Source of the DNA: Raillietiella orientalis
Lineage: Eukaryota
NCBI GenBank assembly: GCA_036172245.1
Contig: JAYWIR010000045.1
Span: forward strand, 620,001-684,000
DNA length: 64,000 nt
Direction: 5' to 3'
The notes under the pieces were generated by a model that searched no databases, was not told the origin of the DNA, and was given only the letters and a program-made list of their open reading frames with translations. The position numbers and the translations under genes were made by a program. Positions 60,400-64,000 of this stretch are shown one piece after another; positions within the stretch are counted from its first letter, which is position 1, and the number at the start of each line of letters is the position of its first letter.

Positions 60400-63300
60400 A
60401 AACCGTCTGAGAGCCGTTTTCTTCGAGCTCCCAAGCAATTCATCGGGAATTTCCCTTCCGGAAGCAAAGAGGAAAGGTCGATTCAAACTTCGAGATGAGA
60501 CCTGATGCTTCTGAGGAAGGGTCGAATCACTGAGCTCGGCATTTTCCGTTCCCTCACGCGATCAGCCGCAGCTCTCGAAGAAGCGTGACCGAGGAAGGCA
60601 AGCATACATGCGCAAGGACTTTGCTCCTGTTCAGGAGAAGAAGAGGGTATGGATCTGTCCCTGTTGGTTTGATGAGTTGTGGTTGGTAATTAGTTCCTTG
60701 CGATCGCGGGATCCAGGAAACTCCCCGACGTCCTCACGCTTGCGCATGCCGCACGAGATGCGTGATGATCGCTCTCGCGTTCGGTGGTTCTTCAGTACAG
60801 CCAAATTTCACCCTCCAGTGCAGACTGGTTGAAGCTAAGAAAAGATAGGAAGAGTTTGCTTCTTTTTTCATCGACCCGGCTCATGTCTTCGGGTCAGCCC
60901 TTCATGAACCTCCATGCGGTACCCTGACTGAGAGAAAAGTTGGCAAGTTTTTCCAACAGTGATCCACAACATCTATTAAAAAGCGTGCAGTAGGATCCAC
61001 TCAGATTCCTAATGAACCGGAGGTGCTCGGCTTCGAAGGGGTATGAAGCAGAGATGCCACATAAACCCCCTGCTCTTCACTGTCAGTGTAGAACCCATCT
61101 CAAACTGATGGAGTCTTTTGGAGGGCGCTGTGTCCAAGCGAACACAGAGAACTTAGTTCTCTTCTTAGGATCAGAAGAGGGAAGGATCGCGCTCAAGCCA
61201 CCAGATGTTTGGGTGCCTCTCCACAAGTGTGCTTCAGTACGTTTCACTTCAGTACAACCCAGCAGCGATGTAAATACTGTACCTTCACCATAAAAGAACA
61301 AGCCATCCTTTCTCTTCAGCCACACGGTTTCTATGAATATGTAGAAAAAAATTCAGGCTGGGGATATCATCTACCCAAGCCTCGGCTACCTAAAGTAGCA
61401 TTTTCGGCTCCTCATTTTCCTCGTGGCAGACAGTGGATGCCACGAGAACCCCCGCATTCCTTCGTCTGGTCTTCATCGCCAGGGTGTAGGAACGTTCAGG
61501 AAGGCAGATTGAATCCTCGTCAACTCCAGCATCAGGAAGCACATCAAGAGGAGTCTGGTCTTGCCAAACAGGACAAATAGTAAGCATTTATACGTTGACC
61601 GAACGAGATGTCTTGGTTAGCCCAATCTATCGGAAGAAGCGGTCAACTTCCCGGTTAAACGCTGTTTAAGCTAACTTGAAATCGCTCGTAAGATCACCTG
61701 CGGCAGAAAGAACGAAAGAAGCAGAGTGAATTCTTGTGGTGCTGAGCAGCTGAGACTTCAGGGAAGAGGAATTAGATAAACACGAAGATAGCAAAGATGC
61801 TTCCTGCATGGACAGTGAAAAGGCTGCGAGTAATATGGGAACTAAGGGGAATACCCAAAGTGGACACCTCTACCGAAAAGTGATCATAAATCAAGCTTCG
61901 ATTTGCTACAGTACGATAAGCAATGCGTTGGAACTGCTGTCATCTACTGTCCAAGTGCACACTTCTCAAGTGTTCAATTTGCAAAATCGATTCATTACTT
62001 GTACATTTCTTCTTGTAACAGCGAGCTCGTGAAAAACGATTGTACGATTGGCTGCTGCCAATCGTACAACCACAGCAGAGCTAGTTCTTCGTTTAGGTTG
62101 CCAAAAAGCCTTCCTGATGTCTGCCTCACCAAACTTTCGTGCTACCCCAGATGATAAGTCATCTTCACCTATGAGAATGGGGAATGATCCTTTCTTTCAG
62201 ATGCACGAACGCATGGTAGAGACTCAAATGAATCTCCTGGTGGAGCTTTCTTGTTGATCTCACTCCAGCAAATACACTCGCATATTCATTGATAGAAGTC
62301 CTTGCTTGCTCCAAGGTCAAGAACGCTTCCATCGAGATTTCTCAACTACCTATCGATTCCTCTGTATCAGTCATACAGACTGCCGACAAACAACGAGACT
62401 GGTTTTTCCGTGATGGAACTTCTCGTTCGCCTGTCGAATCACATCAGGAAGCCCTTCGAAATACCTTTTCCGAAGAGGAAGAGAGGGGTGGACTGGCTCC
62501 AGAGTTGGTGATCTCAACTGCAGCAAGTTGACCAAAGCTTCTTTTGAATCCTTCCTGTACAGGATTTTAGAAAGGAGCTCCTTATGTACTCTCACAGCCT
62601 CCATGCACTTCATATCCACAATAACAATGATGCTTCGTGTTTCCGAGCATTCTCTCCGGCACGAGAAATGGCCAGTAGTTTACTTGGACTTCAAGACCGA
62701 AATCGTAGGATGGAGCCACATACCAGCACTATTTTCTTCTAGGAAGAAAAAGGTAGCACGAATTCACGAGGTTCCAATGATGTAGAATGTGAAACATTTT
62801 GTGAAAAACTCCGTTTTCTACAGAAATGACTTCTTGAAGCCAGCCCGCTTCGAAGATCGCTACGTTTCGCCTCAAAGTCCGAAGTAAATGGAACGGTTTC
62901 AAGTGGTTCACCCTGTATTTTATTCTAGCGTCTCTGACCGAAGTGCTGCGGAGAAGCTGCCAAGGTATCCATGAAGGTTTCTGTTTACAGCAAGAGTTCC
63001 ACGAGCAGCGCTGACAGTTAAAACTCTGAACTCCGTGATCCATTCTCATGCGTTTTCCTCACATCCTTATGGTGGGTTCCACAAACCATTTGGAAAGGGT
63101 TCTTACCGCCTAAATTTTCTTGGGCCTTCGAGAGGAATTTTACATCATGCCTTGTTTTCTTGCCATCCAGGAGGAACGCTATAGGCAGATGTTTTTCTGA
63201 GACCGATTGCTACGAGGTTGCACCCATTTTTCCAGGAATGGCTGCCATCACCTCCTAGACCACGCCCGTTCTTTACGGTGCAGTGGAACCAGTCTTCTTA

Positions 63301-63500
63301 TATGTACAGCATGTCCGGTCAGTTTTGCATCAGTCTATCCCTTTAATTGGGTCCACCGTTTCTGCCTTAGTCGTTCCGAACCGATGGAAAACGTTTTCAT
63401 TTGTCTTCTCCGGAAAATGGATCGTCCGTTCATCACGGATGAGTAAGTGATTCTGTTCCCTGTGAGAACGAAGATCACTTCGTTGCCATCGTAGCCCTCC
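60400..63500 (+). mobile_element. DIRS-like retrotransposon relic
   Basis: FSAPHFPRGRQWMP (VAPxWPxQxWF-like) near 61400 is followed by ALFSSRKKKVARIHEV (box I-like) near 62730. No intact ORF. Confidence 0.35.
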
Positions 63501-64000
63501 GTTGGTTGCTCATGTGTGTATTTTCTCCTCAACATAAGTGTTCACCACAACTTCCTAACATTCAATCTCAGGAATGCAGAATTATCAAGGAGAATTCACG
63601 CTGAAGGACTTTGATTTGCAGAAAACAGGAAAGCATGGAATGTCCAAAGCAAAAGTCGCACACTCTTCATCTCGGTCTTCTATTTGTATCCATACTTCTA
63701 TTTGTATCGATGTTCCATTTAGAGAGAGTCAAGCGGAATTTGCGCTTCAGGAGTTTTACATTCCTAGAGACGCAAGCCTATTTTTACTACATCTACTGTC
63801 TGCAACGTTTTATAATGTGATGGCGAAAGCGATGGTCCATCAGAGGTCGATTTGCGCGTCTCCAACGGAAAATCTTCAGTCAGAAACTTTTAAATACAAT
63901 CTTTGTGTTTCAGAGACAATTTCTTTTTTGCCTCTCTGAGAAGAACAACTTTTGATTCGGTCTGCTGGAAGAGGAGGAGAACAAAATGATGTGATGAAAA

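Noticed and set aside
1..64000. CRISPR array, prokaryotic operon or defence system, telomeric array
   Set aside because: No regularly spaced repeat-spacer array, no dense intronless genes and no telomeric repeats were seen. The DNA is intron-containing animal sequence.

Overview
Eukaryotic nuclear DNA from an animal, probably an arthropod. No prokaryotic operon, CRISPR array or intact mobile-element ORF is visible. The centre holds one clear multi-exon gene on the minus strand, TMTC3 (GT-C protein O-mannosyltransferase with TPR repeats). I traced 13 coding exons from 30848 to 11755 with GT-AG borders and consistent phases (2607 nt, about 868 aa). The window starts with a ~0.78 kb mitochondrial insertion (NUMT) in the order cox2 3' end, trnD, atp8, atp6 5' part, with no trnK. 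Both flanks (about 0.9-11 kb and 46.5-64 kb) are fields of heavily decayed retroelements: L1/Tx1-like non-LTR relics, DIRS-like tyrosine-recombinase retrotransposon relics and two copies of a tRNA-derived SINE. The most unusual unexplained structure is a 3'-terminal module of the non-LTR family, made of a covarying stem-loop and a CGYCCCGG(N)GTGAC end motif, with two elements joined tail-to-tail. I cannot support a wholly new biological system from sequence alone. Transposon boundaries are approximate and were judged by eye.
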